Positions 1 through 9,121 of a DNA stretch of 64,000 nt are shown here, in pieces. Source of the DNA: a virus. Lineage: Duplodnaviria > Caudoviricetes. The translations under genes and the position numbers were made by a program. Positions within the stretch are counted from its first letter, which is position 1; each line of letters opens with the position of its first letter. Under the pieces are notes generated by a model. It was not told the origin of the DNA and did not search any database. It saw only the letters and a list, made by a program, of their open reading frames with translations. The stretch is taken from positions 32,001 through 96,000 of the IMG/VR virus record IMGVR_UViG_3300028914_000003; one strand, written 5' to 3'.

Positions 1-1
1 G

Positions 2-1003
2 CTCGTCCTGCTGCGGGATGACGCCGTCTTTAACAAGGGCGTCGTCAAGAGCTTCCGCCAGTGCGCTGTCAGCATACCACCTGTGGTCAAGGTCGGCGTC
101 CTCAGACAGGTTCCACCATGTCCACTTCATGCCGGCATATCTGGCCTTCGGCTCGTATTTCTTCACACCGTGTGCATAGCGGAATACGAACATCGGATAG
201 TTCCTCGTGGCCTTGGCTATGATGACCACTGCCCCACCCTGCTTCGGTGTGTCTCTTTTGATGAAACGGTCTATCGGCTCCACGCCGAAGACACGCTCCA
301 CCTCTTCGCCCCATGCGGCTATCGTCCTTGTCTCGGCCTTGGCTCCCCGGTAGAAGTCACGGCCCAGCGAGCAACGATACAGAGGCTCTCCGGTGTCCGG
401 TTCAAACTCGGTAATCAGATCACCGAGACGTATCTCGGCTGCCGTGTTCCCGACTGCTCCCGTGACGTCGTTCTTCTTTGCCCTGCGAGTAGCCATCTCC
501 ACCTTCAGTCCCAATGCCTTCAGTCCTTCATCCGTCCATTCTCCGCGCTCGAAGATAGGCTGCTCTCCCGTCCAGTCGGCATATTGCTGCTCCTGCAGGT
601 GGAACAAATCCCAGCCGACGATGCTGACACGCGAGTTGTCGTACGCGGGGCGGCTGTCGCCCTCTTCTATCAGCTTCACGTCGCAGCGCGTGGCCAGCTC
701 ATCGAGGACTGCCGGAAGGTCTTCCTTCTTCACCTGCCCTGCAGGGTGCCCCATCAGACGCGCAGCAAGCTGTATGGCTCCATAGCCAGTCTCACCGCAT
801 GCCATACACTTGAAGCCCAAGTCCGAAGCTCCTTCGCGCAACTGCTTATCAACGACCAGCGAGGGGTGATGGTCATCATGCCATGGACAGAGATAAGACG
901 CAAACGCTCCGTTCTTCGCTTCGCGCACTGGCACATACCCCCAACCCCTCATCACCTCAATGAGCGGCGTGTCGTTCAGCAGTTTCAAATTATCTTCGGT
1001 CAT
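2..1003 (-). CDS. DNA primase-like protein with N-terminal CHC2 zinc finger (runs off left edge)
   Basis: Manual translation from ATG at 1003: MTEDNLKLLNDTPLIEVMRGWG...YLCPWHDDHHPSL...GFKCMACGETG, a CHC2 zinc-finger pattern. Not in the ORF track, consistent with no stop before the window edge. Confidence 0.75.
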   Translation of the reverse strand, partial: MTEDNLKLLNDTPLIEVMRGWGYVPVREAKNGAFASYLCPWHDDHHPSLVVDKQLREGASDLGFKCMACGETGYGAIQLAARLMGHPAGQVKKEDLPAVLDELATRCDVKLIEEGDSRPAYDNSRVSIVGWDLFHLQEQQYADWTGEQPIFERGEWTDEGLKALGLKVEMATRRAKKNDVTGAVGNTAAEIRLGDLITEFEPDTGEPLYRCSLGRDFYRGAKAETRTIAAWGEEVERVFGVEPIDRFIKRDTPKQGGAVVIIAKATRNYPMFVFRYAHGVKKYEPKARYAGMKWTWWNLSEDADLDHRWYADSALAEALDDALVKDGVIPQQDE

Positions 1004-1061
1004 GGTCGATTAGTTATATGGTAAATGGACTTATGCAGCCCGTGGTTTATGATATTGACGG

Positions 1062-1379
1062 CTATTGCTCCTTCTTCCTGGTTCTGTCGTCAAGAGCTTT
1101 CTGGAGTTCGCCGATTCTTTCTTCGTATGCTTGGGCAGTCTTGGCACCGTCGCGCATCATCTGCGCTATCAGTGCGTCCTTCTCTACCAGACGCCGGCGC
1201 TGGTTCTCTATCAGATTCTGATAACCGTTTATCCTCTGTTCGAGATCGCGGTATAATCTGTATGTTTCTTCAATCCTCTGTCGTGTCGCTTCCACGGCTT
1301 TCTTTTCTTGCTCCAGCTCTTCCTGGAACGGGTTTCTGCCGCAGGCGGCCATCATCAGGTTTCTTAGGTATCGTTTCAT
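1062..1379 (-). CDS. coiled-coil hypothetical protein
   Basis: ORF 1062..1475, likely start MKRYL at 1379; heptad-rich E/K/Q/R sequence. Confidence 0.65.
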   Translation of the reverse strand: MKRYLRNLMMAACGRNPFQEELEQEKKAVEATRQRIEETYRLYRDLEQRINGYQNLIENQRRRLVEKDALIAQMMRDGAKTAQAYEERIGELQKALDDRTRKKEQ

Positions 1380-1409
1380 AATTGCTACATTTTCTGCCCG
1401 ATTTGTTAC

Positions 1410-1460
1410 AGAATTTGTCGAAATTTTGTAACTTTGCCTGCAAAGATACGACAAATTCCT
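1410..1460. promoter_or_regulatory. divergent promoter/operator with inverted repeat
   Basis: GAATTTGTCG...CGACAAATTC inverted repeat enclosing Bacteroidetes -7 boxes on both strands (TAACTTTG on +, TATCTTTG on -), between the repressor and the primase operon. Confidence 0.5.
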
Positions 1461-1529
1461 GAATTTCCACCACATTTTTTGAAAATTATATCTAATTAAC
1501 GTTACATAAGTTTTAATAAACGTAGCATT

Positions 1530-2225
1530 ATGAACAAAATTGTTAGACTTAACACTAAGCTGATAACGTGTCTGACAGGCGTTTTATTCGTAAATTCGAC
1601 GGATATAACAAACGCAACAACCATCGCCGCATCCACATGGTATTATATCATGAGGAAACCGGAAAGTATATCTGTACAGCAGCTGCTGGCGTTATCCAAC
1701 GGACTGCATATACCTGTCCGCAGATTCTTCTCCACAGATTCTACGGACATCATAGGACGGCGGGAGGACTATGTGGCTGAACCATATCTCGAATGCAGAT
1801 ATGACGACGCAACCCTGCAGGCTATCATCGCAAGCAGGACGGTGACGACCTGGCAGAAGGCAGCCAAGGCGACCGGTATGAGCCGATCGCGACTAAGAGA
1901 CTCGCTGATGGCGGTGACACGTACACCCGTGAGCAGATTCCTGAAAGTGTGCGCATCTTTCAACATCGACCCGTTTAAGATTCTGGTGGACCCTAACCCG
2001 GATGCTAAGACGAAAACAAAAAGACGGGGAGGAGAGACAGCTAACGCCGGAAGCCTGGCAGAAATCGTCGAACTCAGGAAAGAGATATCAAGACTATCGG
2101 GAGCCATCGACGACCTGACTGCAAAATACAATGCACTGTTGGCTGTTTGCAATCGAATGGAGCAAACAGCAGAAAGAGAAATATATGCCGGAATGGCGGC
2201 AGATGATGGCTCTGATGGCAAGTAA
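1530..2225 (+). CDS. XRE/HTH transcriptional regulator (repressor-like, two HTH-like units)
   Basis: Motifs SISVQQLLALSNGLHIPVRRFF and WQKAAKATGMSRSRL...FLKVCASFNIDPF, C-terminal coiled coil; divergent from replication genes. Confidence 0.6.
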   Translation: MNKIVRLNTKLITCLTGVLFVNSTDITNATTIAASTWYYIMRKPESISVQQLLALSNGLHIPVRRFFSTDSTDIIGRREDYVAEPYLECRYDDATLQAIIASRTVTTWQKAAKATGMSRSRLRDSLMAVTRTPVSRFLKVCASFNIDPFKILVDPNPDAKTKTKRRGGETANAGSLAEIVELRKEISRLSGAIDDLTAKYNALLAVCNRMEQTAEREIYAGMAADDGSDGK

Positions 2226-2492
2226 GCACGGCCGCGCGCAAAAAAAATGGCTACAGCCACCATCGGCTGCAGCCCTATAATATATAATGTGCGCGAGAGT
2301 TATCCTATCAGCTCAGGGTGCTTTTCTCATAGTTCATTATTTCTCGTTATCGTGTTCTATCACTTCCAGCCCGTTCTTCCGGGCCCGGTCATAAATATGC
2401 TTGCGTACTTCGTCGTTGGCCACCAGCCACAGGTCGGTCTTCTCCCGCCCGTCCTTGGCGCGCAGGATGATGGGATATACGTTGTTTGTCAT

Positions 2493-2756
2493 TCACTTGT
2501 CGTTATTGTCCCAGCTTGAAGATATCTCCTCGTTGGTGATGTTCCACTCGTACCATATACGCTTGCGTTCACTGCCAATAAACACAATAGCGCTGAACCG
2601 CTCACACTCGGATCCGTCGCCCTGCTTATAGACCTCGTTGTCATCTTCGACGTAAATATCCTGTACTGTTATGCTCTTCGGCTCAATGGCATCGTACTCC
2701 CACGCTAAAATTTCTTTCTTGACCTGCTTGATGGTCAAATCTTCAAATCGTTTCAT
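2493..2756 (-). CDS. hypothetical protein
   Basis: 87-aa ORF in leftward operon. Confidence 0.6.
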   Translation of the reverse strand: MKRFEDLTIKQVKKEILAWEYDAIEPKSITVQDIYVEDDNEVYKQGDGSECERFSAIVFIGSERKRIWYEWNITNEEISSSWDNNDK

Positions 2757-2769
2757 AGTCGTATTGTTT

Positions 2770-3287
2770 TTAATTGTTTCTCAGTTGCGGATAAATTCTC
2801 ATAATCTCGTCGTTTATGCGACGCTGTAAGATGTCGTGCGCCTCGCTGATGCCAGTCTTGCCGTAGAGCTTATATAACTCATTCTCATACGACGTACACT
2901 CGTGGCGCAGATAGTTCGTCGTGATGCGGCGCAGGAAGTCGGGGTCTGAGTCAACACCAGCAGGTGCAGCATCATCCAGTCGAAGTCCGTCACAGGCACA
3001 TGAATTTCAACCGTCTGCGCAAACTCCTTCGCCTTGTCCGTCTTGGTCTTTACGGCCTTCTGAGCCGATGTCTTGCGACCAGCCGACTTCTCCTTCTCAG
3101 CTTTCCACTCTGCCGTGCGCTCTACCTGGTTCACCCGCTTTGCCAGCCACAGCCCCATTGGTGCTGCACTCTTATAATGCGGGTTCGGCTTCGTCATGTC
3201 TGGCGCACCCAGGAACTTCTTGACCATTGCGTCCGTCCATCCCCTATTCTTCAGGTTCGGCTTCGTGATATACTCGTCGTTTGCCAT
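2770..3287 (-). pseudogene. frameshifted hypothetical gene carrying a 39-bp foreign patch
   Basis: N-terminal frame MANDEYITK...VEIHVPV. Bases 2955-2993 are identical to 14877-14915. A plausible native C-terminus (DSDPDFLRRITTNYLRHECTSYENELY...QLRNN*) continues in another frame to TAA at 2770. Confidence 0.6.
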
Positions 3288-3468
3288 ATTCTTGTCCTCC
3301 TTATTTCACTATAACCGACCGTGCGATGGTCTTTCCGTTGTTTGTATGTACGGTCTCTTGTCCGTGACCCACCTTCTTCACGAGTGCGTAATAGGTGGTC
3401 TTACTTATCTCTGCCTTGTGCCCGTAGGCGTCTTCCTTGTAGTATTTCATAATTTCGTCCTCCTATAA

Positions 3469-3795
3469 TTACACCCAATACTTCTCCAGTGGCTCGGCAC
3501 TATCGTATGACAGCACTACCACCAGCGCCTTTGCGTTCTTGTCACCGTACCAGTCCTCAAAGTCGGCAGACGTACAAGAGTTTGCCAACAGTGTATTGTC
3601 GTACTCCTCTTCGTCCATCAGTTGCACGTCGCCCTTGAACTCTTCCGGCAGGTCGTCCACCTTCATATCCATGCAGGCCGTGTTGTCCGTATGGATTCTA
3701 TGAACAAACTTATCCAGCTGTGTGAAACGGAATATCTGAACCTCTGCAGCCTGCTTTGCCAGTTCCTGCACTTCTTGTCTTGTTTGTGTAAGCAT
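3469..3795 (-). CDS. acidic hypothetical protein
   Basis: 108-aa ORF preceded by GGAGG. Confidence 0.65.
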   Translation of the reverse strand: MLTQTRQEVQELAKQAAEVQIFRFTQLDKFVHRIHTDNTACMDMKVDDLPEEFKGDVQLMDEEEYDNTLLANSCTSADFEDWYGDKNAKALVVVLSYDSAEPLEKYWV

Positions 3796-3814
3796 AATTT
3801 TGTCCTCCTATAAA

Positions 3815-4420
3815 TTATTCCCAATCAACAATACGTTCGTACTTCGTCAGGTGTCCGCAAGGGGCACCATACACGAACTGCGTACCCATACAGCCTCCGA
3901 CACTGATCGGCTGGTCGAGCTTGATGGTGGTGGCCGTCCTGCCGTCGCAGTCGTACTGGCTACACTGATAGCCGATGGTCATCTTCGGCAGTTGCCACAA
4001 TCCCCAGTTCTTCGTGTTCAGGTAGCGCAGCAGGACATAGACGGTCTCGGCCTTGGTCTCCACGACGTCCACGCCTTCAAAGACGGCCCGGTACTCTGCC
4101 TCCGCCATGCTCGTGGCTGCCATCTGCTGGCGCACCCGCTCGGCATTAGCCTTGCGGCGGATCTCCGCCTTCACCTCGTTCATCTCTGCAATCATAGCCT
4201 CGAGGTCCTCAACGTCCTCGCACTGGCTGAGCAGGCCCTCGATGCCTCCGGCCGTGATAATCAGCGAGCCGGCGTTCCTGTATGGCCTGGTGTCTTTTTC
4301 CTTCTCCCAGTGGTCCATGTTCTTCAGGCTGAAATACTCACGGTAGATGTCGAGCGTACCGTTCTCGTTCTTCTCCACGCGATAGATGACGCGCTTTGTC
4401 TTGAAAATCTTAGTTGCCAT
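3815..4420 (-). CDS. hypothetical protein
   Basis: ORF 3815..4501, likely start MATKIF at 4420. Confidence 0.7.
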   Translation of the reverse strand: MATKIFKTKRVIYRVEKNENGTLDIYREYFSLKNMDHWEKEKDTRPYRNAGSLIITAGGIEGLLSQCEDVEDLEAMIAEMNEVKAEIRRKANAERVRQQMAATSMAEAEYRAVFEGVDVVETKAETVYVLLRYLNTKNWGLWQLPKMTIGYQCSQYDCDGRTATTIKLDQPISVGGCMGTQFVYGAPCGHLTKYERIVDWE

Positions 4421-4863
4421 AATTCCTAAGTTAAAAGGTTTTGTGTTAAATCGTTGTAACTGGGTGCAAATATACAAAATATTTCCGAAACTTGCACCCA
4501 TTTTGAAAAATAATTGTCATCACACTTTGATTATGCCGGCTCTCATCAGAAGATACACACAGCAAAAACCAAAAATCCAATTCGCCATAGTCGTTTATTT
4601 TTTAGTGAAATATTTACGCCACCCTCTTGTAGCGGTTGCGGGTGTAGTAGGGTACATGGAGGTTCTCGCGCCACACGGGGCGATGGTTCTTACGGATGCA
4701 GGAGGCGAGGAGCGTTAGCAGCTCCTGCATGTCTGCATCCATCTCAATTTTCTTTGTCATAGCCGTCTTGTTTTAAGTCTTAAAAATCGCACAATAAATA
4801 AGGGCCAGCCCTTTTTAAGGACCGGCCCACTGCCGAGTACTTGCGTCGTCAAACAATAAGAAC

Positions 4864-5271
4864 TCAGACAGCCATGAGACGGCGGCCTATGCTGTGAAGG
4901 CCGTCGATAATACGCATACGCTGCTGCTCACGAGGAACCTTCAGGCCGTTGGCATAGTGGCTCAACAAGCGCTGGTTGATGCCGGTGGCACGGCTGACGG
5001 CAGAGAGTGGTACGTCGGGCTGAAAGGACTGAAGCAGCGCGGCGGTCGTCAGTTGGAACTCCAGCTCGTAGTCCTTGTCGAGATACCACTGCGGCACCTC
5101 TTCGCCGCGCTCGATGTAGCCTTCCATGTGGAAGTCCAGCGTCTCCTGCGCCTCGCGCTTCGCCTCCTCAAATGTGGCAGCGGTAAACACTGCCGCACCT
5201 GGCACGTTGTCGCCATACCCGCCGCAATAGTTCTTCTCGCACCAGTCGATAGTTACAATCACTTTTTCCAT
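4864..5271 (-). CDS. hicB: HicB-family antitoxin with C-terminal HTH
   Basis: VPGAAVFTAATFEEAKREAQETLDFH (HicB fold) plus SRATGINQRLLSHYANG HTH; directly downstream of hicA. Confidence 0.85.
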   Translation of the reverse strand: MEKVIVTIDWCEKNYCGGYGDNVPGAAVFTAATFEEAKREAQETLDFHMEGYIERGEEVPQWYLDKDYELEFQLTTAALLQSFQPDVPLSAVSRATGINQRLLSHYANGLKVPREQQRMRIIDGLHSIGRRLMAV

Positions 5272-5291
5272 ATCCGTTTCGTTTTTAGAGT

Positions 5292-5489
5292 TTAATTCTT
5301 CCATCCGGCCTGCTTCCAGATACTGTTCAGATTACCTTGCGACATGACGTCGCTCTCCTTTCCGTTCACTGTTACCAGACCTTTCTTCGTAGGATGCTTG
5401 AACTGGCGGTGGTCGCCCTTGATCCGGTCGATATACCAGCCGTCCTTCCTCAGCAGCCTGATAACTTCGATTACCTTATACGCCTTCAT
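5292..5489 (-). CDS. hicA: HicA-family mRNA interferase toxin
   Basis: LLRKDGWYIDRIKGDHRQFKHPTKKGLVTV...LNSIWKQAG, the classic HicA pattern. Confidence 0.9.
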   Translation of the reverse strand: MKAYKVIEVIRLLRKDGWYIDRIKGDHRQFKHPTKKGLVTVNGKESDVMSQGNLNSIWKQAGWKN

Positions 5490-5942
5490 AGCCTTCGTTC
5501 TTATTGTTTGACGCTGCAAAGATAGTAAATATAATACTTTTTATCAAACGTTTCGCGGGAAAAGATAGTATATTTAATACTTTTTAGCGTTATCACACAC
5601 AACACAATGTTTTAGAGTCTTGCTTTCAGCGCTTCGTAGCGTTTCATTTCCATGAGGTAGGCCATCTGTGCATCGCGGTTGCCGTTGTCGCGATGGGCGG
5701 TGGCTAACTTATACAGGCGCTCGGTGTGTGTATCTATTGCCTGTTTCAGCATGTCGATGTCTTCTTTGGTCATAGTCGTGTGGTTTTAGTTGGGTCACAT
5801 TTCTTCGTACTCTATTCTTTCTCCAAGCTGTCTGGCAAGTTTCTTGAAACGTCTTACGCCATTCCAATCTACGTTGCTCGTGTCTTTGTAGTTGTATCCA
5901 CCGCTGGTGAACCACCTGACATAATATCTCTTTGCCATAGCC

Positions 5943-6359
5943 TCACTTATTTTTCGGTTCCTTGTAGTAGCATGTCACTTTCAGACCGTCCTTGGCCATG
6001 TACTTGGCCAGCGTCTGCATTCCCTTGTAGTAGATATTGAGCTTGATATTGCGCAGCTTGCCACAGAACAGGCCCTCGAAGTTGTCCTTTTTCAGGCAAC
6101 GCTTCATGTGTGCTACGTCCACAAAGAACATCTGCAGGTCGTGATGCCAGGGCCTTTTAGGGTCTTCCGGATTGGGGTCTTTCCATACGTGGATGGCGCA
6201 CATCAGGCAGTTGCTATCCCGTATCTGTATGGGATATTTCTTATACACCGGGCGGCCTTTCTCGTCTTTCTTCTCAACGTACTGGTCGCCTTGCTTCTCT
6301 CTCACTGGTTGGCACAGGGTAAGCGTGCCGATGGTTGTACCCGTGTAAGTTAATGCCAT
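5943..6359 (-). CDS. hypothetical protein
   Basis: 138-aa ORF in operon with ACGACTATG start context. Confidence 0.7.
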   Translation of the reverse strand: MALTYTGTTIGTLTLCQPVREKQGDQYVEKKDEKGRPVYKKYPIQIRDSNCLMCAIHVWKDPNPEDPKRPWHHDLQMFFVDVAHMKRCLKKDNFEGLFCGKLRNIKLNIYYKGMQTLAKYMAKDGLKVTCYYKEPKNK

Positions 6360-6373
6360 AGTCGTTACTTGTT

Positions 6374-6805
6374 TTAGGGTTTATAGATATAACTTCCGTA
6401 GTCGATGGAGTGCAGGCGCATGGAGCGCTTGTCACTGTCCGATAGTTGCTTGTCGCGGCTTACGAGGCGAACCTTGAATTGTTCGTTCTTGCTGGTACGC
6501 GGGTCGTCCAGATCGCTGTAGGCTCGGCAGGCCATGAGGTGACATGTGGTGTAGTTGATGTCGCACACATCCCTTCGCTGTTCGGGGTCGTAGTGCAGGT
6601 CTTTCATCACGGCTTTGCCACAGAGGTTGATGCGGACGGGAGCGTTAGTGGCGTAGTCGCCGACGTTGCACATCCATACGCCGTGATAGTGATACACCAT
6701 GTCGCTGTCGATGGGTATTGTCACCCAGTACCACGATGTGGTGCAGTTGGGCGTGTCGAATGGCAGCAGCACCTCGACGTTGATGTTTTCTTTCCAGTAT
6801 GCCAT
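6374..6805 (-). CDS. hypothetical protein
   Basis: ORF 6374..6898, likely start MAYWKE. Confidence 0.65.
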   Translation of the reverse strand: MAYWKENINVEVLLPFDTPNCTTSWYWVTIPIDSDMVYHYHGVWMCNVGDYATNAPVRINLCGKAVMKDLHYDPEQRRDVCDINYTTCHLMACRAYSDLDDPRTSKNEQFKVRLVSRDKQLSDSDKRSMRLHSIDYGSYIYKP

Positions 6806-7061
6806 AGTTGTAAAGTGTTTATAAGTTCGTGAATTGCTTTGCCACAAAGGCATCGTCCTCGGCTTCGTCGGCGGAACGGCTCCAGCCTGCGAGTTCACTC
6901 TTTGCCTGCGGCTTGTTTTGGGGTTAATAAAAACCCGACGGGGAAACCTCCGGGCACTGTCTGTTGTTCGCGTTTAAGAGTTTGCCCACTTCCATACGTT
7001 GGCGAGCAGGAGGAATAAAAGGATCCAGTTTGTCAACATGTCGTTTTTCGTTTCAAAGGGT

Positions 7062-7307
7062 TTATTGTTTTTGTTTTACAAAATGTCTACCATTAATTCT
7101 CTTGTATTTCACGTTCCTGTCAAAATGCTTAATAAGCATACGCATTTGTGCGTCTGTCAGATCTGGGCAGTCTAAGTACTTGAAAGCCTTAGCGTCACCT
7201 TCGCGATCTCCAAAGTTACGAAGAGGGAACCACTTGTGCAATCCCCTCTCGTCAGCCATGAGTACACAGACCTCATAACCATCGTTCCAGTTTATTCCAA
7301 ATTGCAT
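7062..7307 (-). CDS. hypothetical protein
   Basis: Likely start MQFGIN within ORF 7062..7457. Confidence 0.55.
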   Translation of the reverse strand: MQFGINWNDGYEVCVLMADERGLHKWFPLRNFGDREGDAKAFKYLDCPDLTDAQMRMLIKHFDRNVKYKRINGRHFVKQKQ

Positions 7308-7318
7308 TGTCGCTACGA

Positions 7319-7570
7319 TTACTGTTTCTCGGTCATTCCGTCGTAGCACTCCAGGGCACGCTTTACGAGCTTGTCGCGGTTCGTGTCCGAGAGCATCATG
7401 TAGAAGTATTCGGCGGCACCACGGGGGCCGTGCATCGTGTCGTAGGCCTCGCACCACTTGTTCCAGAAGTGCGGTGGGAAGTCATCCTTGAACACTTCCT
7501 TGCACTCCTCCTCACTCCAGCGGTTCCACATGTAGTAGAAGAAGCTGGTCACGTCGTTTGTCTTTGCCAT
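7319..7570 (-). CDS. hypothetical protein
   Basis: 83-aa ORF in operon. Confidence 0.65.
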   Translation of the reverse strand: MAKTNDVTSFFYYMWNRWSEEECKEVFKDDFPPHFWNKWCEAYDTMHGPRGAAEYFYMMLSDTNRDKLVKRALECYDGMTEKQ

Positions 7571-7588
7571 AGTCGTTACTTGTTTTCG

Positions 7589-8194
7589 TTATTTACTCAT
7601 TATGACTGTCTTTTCACCCTGCTCGGTCACGCCATACAGGGTAGCCGTCTGTGCCTTGCTGTACGAGGCGAAGGCATGACGGTATAGGCGATAGCTATAC
7701 TCACCCTTCTCGTGGGAGATGATATAGCTTTCGTATTGGTTGTCGGCGAACACTTCTTCTATCCAGCAGACAATATTGTGCAATACGTCTGCGGGGACGC
7801 TTTCGGGCTCCACATCGATGTCGCCGCCGTCGCCGTATTCGTCATGCGAGAACAGGAACACGAGCGGTGTCACGTCGTCGGGGTCGTAGTGCATACAGAA
7901 CAGATGTCCGATGTCGTGCGAGCCGTCGTCATAGGTGATGGTGCAGGGCTTCAGGCCGTCGCATACGGGCTTGCCGTCGCCCTCGAAGTGATAGAGGTCG
8001 ATGCTGATGCCGCCTTCGCTGCCCTCATGCACTCGCAGGCCGCCTCGTACCTTGGAGTTGCTGTCGTACTCCAGCGGCATAAACAGGCCGCGCTTGTAGT
8101 AGGCGTTCTGTATCACACCCATCAGGTCGGTGAGATACTGAATGGTCTTTTGTTTGTTCTGGTCGTCGATGACCATGTTCTTTGTCTTACTCAT
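7589..8194 (-). CDS. hypothetical protein
   Basis: 201-aa ORF in operon. Confidence 0.7.
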   Translation of the reverse strand: MSKTKNMVIDDQNKQKTIQYLTDLMGVIQNAYYKRGLFMPLEYDSNSKVRGGLRVHEGSEGGISIDLYHFEGDGKPVCDGLKPCTITYDDGSHDIGHLFCMHYDPDDVTPLVFLFSHDEYGDGGDIDVEPESVPADVLHNIVCWIEEVFADNQYESYIISHEKGEYSYRLYRHAFASYSKAQTATLYGVTEQGEKTVIMSK

Positions 8195-8327
8195 AATCGT
8201 TTTGTTTTGGGGTTAATAATACGGGGTAAAAGTCCGATCCTCGGTTGGATTGTCTGAGGGTATAAAATAAGCATCCCCTGCCATAATAGCAAGGGATGCA
8301 GTAGTGATAAAAAAACTTAGAGGATAC

Positions 8328-8630
8328 TCAAATTGCTGGCCGCACAATGGACAGCCCGAGGGCACCGATAATCCTCATGAACAGACCAGCGGAAGGCTCC
8401 ACACGTCCGTTCTCAATACGGGAGATGTACGATTTCCTGACACCTACCCTCTCGGCCAACTCCTGCTGGGTGATACCATCCTCCTTGCGGGCATCGTGGA
8501 TAAAGGTGCTCACACAATAGGCATAGGCCTCGCGGCGGAACTGCTCACGCCCAGGAGTTCCGGGTGCGCCGTACTTAGCATCCAGGATCTTGTCAAAACT
8601 GTGTACGTCAGGGTTGCCTGTCTGCTTCAT
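8328..8630 (-). CDS. XRE-HTH protein, HigA-like antitoxin (no adjacent toxin)
   Basis: SFDKILDAKYGAPGTPGREQF...ARKEDGITQQELAERVGVRKSYISRIENG. Confidence 0.75.
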   Translation of the reverse strand: MKQTGNPDVHSFDKILDAKYGAPGTPGREQFRREAYAYCVSTFIHDARKEDGITQQELAERVGVRKSYISRIENGRVEPSAGLFMRIIGALGLSIVRPAI

Positions 8631-8736
8631 TTTGCCGCTTCAGCCTTGTCGTGCAAATAGCCAATGTAGTTTACCACTCCAATCACTGCGGCCACTGCGC
8701 CGACCGCCAGAAAGAAATATACAAGTTCCATAACTC

Positions 8737-9021
8737 TTATTTTTTAATGTTTCCACGTTTGACCAATATCCACGCCGTGATGGCAAGTACTGCCATGACA
8801 AGCGCCCCAATATAGAGAATCACCATCTTGTTCTTGTCGAAGTGGATGATGTAATTCAGGACAACACCAGCATAAGTCAGGCCTGAAAGCGAATAGAAGA
8901 ACTTGCCAAGCTGTATCAGGCCTTCGTTCTTTTCCTTCACCCTCGGCTCCAGATGTTTATTCAGCGTGTTCCGGGGTTTGTTCTTTTCTCTTCGATTAGT
9001 CATATCTGTCCACGGCTGCAA
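8737..9021 (-). CDS. small two-TM membrane protein
   Basis: Two hydrophobic segments (LGKFFYSLSGLTYAGVVL; ILYIGALVMAVLAITAWILV). Confidence 0.6.
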   Translation of the reverse strand: MQPWTDMTNRREKNKPRNTLNKHLEPRVKEKNEGLIQLGKFFYSLSGLTYAGVVLNYIIHFDKNKMVILYIGALVMAVLAITAWILVKRGNIKK

Positions 9022-9089
9022 AATTAGTAAATAGTTTCCATATCTGCAAACTTTTTTGCCGTAAAAGTTACATATTTGTAGTCAAGGAA

Positions 9090-9118
9090 GGCACCCGGCG
9101 GCAGAACCGCCGGGCACA
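9090..9118. terminator. GC-rich hairpin downstream of helicase-methylase gene
   Basis: CCCGGCGG-cagaa-CCGCCGGG just after the stop at 9122. Confidence 0.45.
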
Positions 9119-9121
9119 CTG

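Noticed and set aside
83-1024. 313-aa + strand ORF
   Set aside because: Antisense shadow of the minus-strand primase, which has a clear CHC2 motif.
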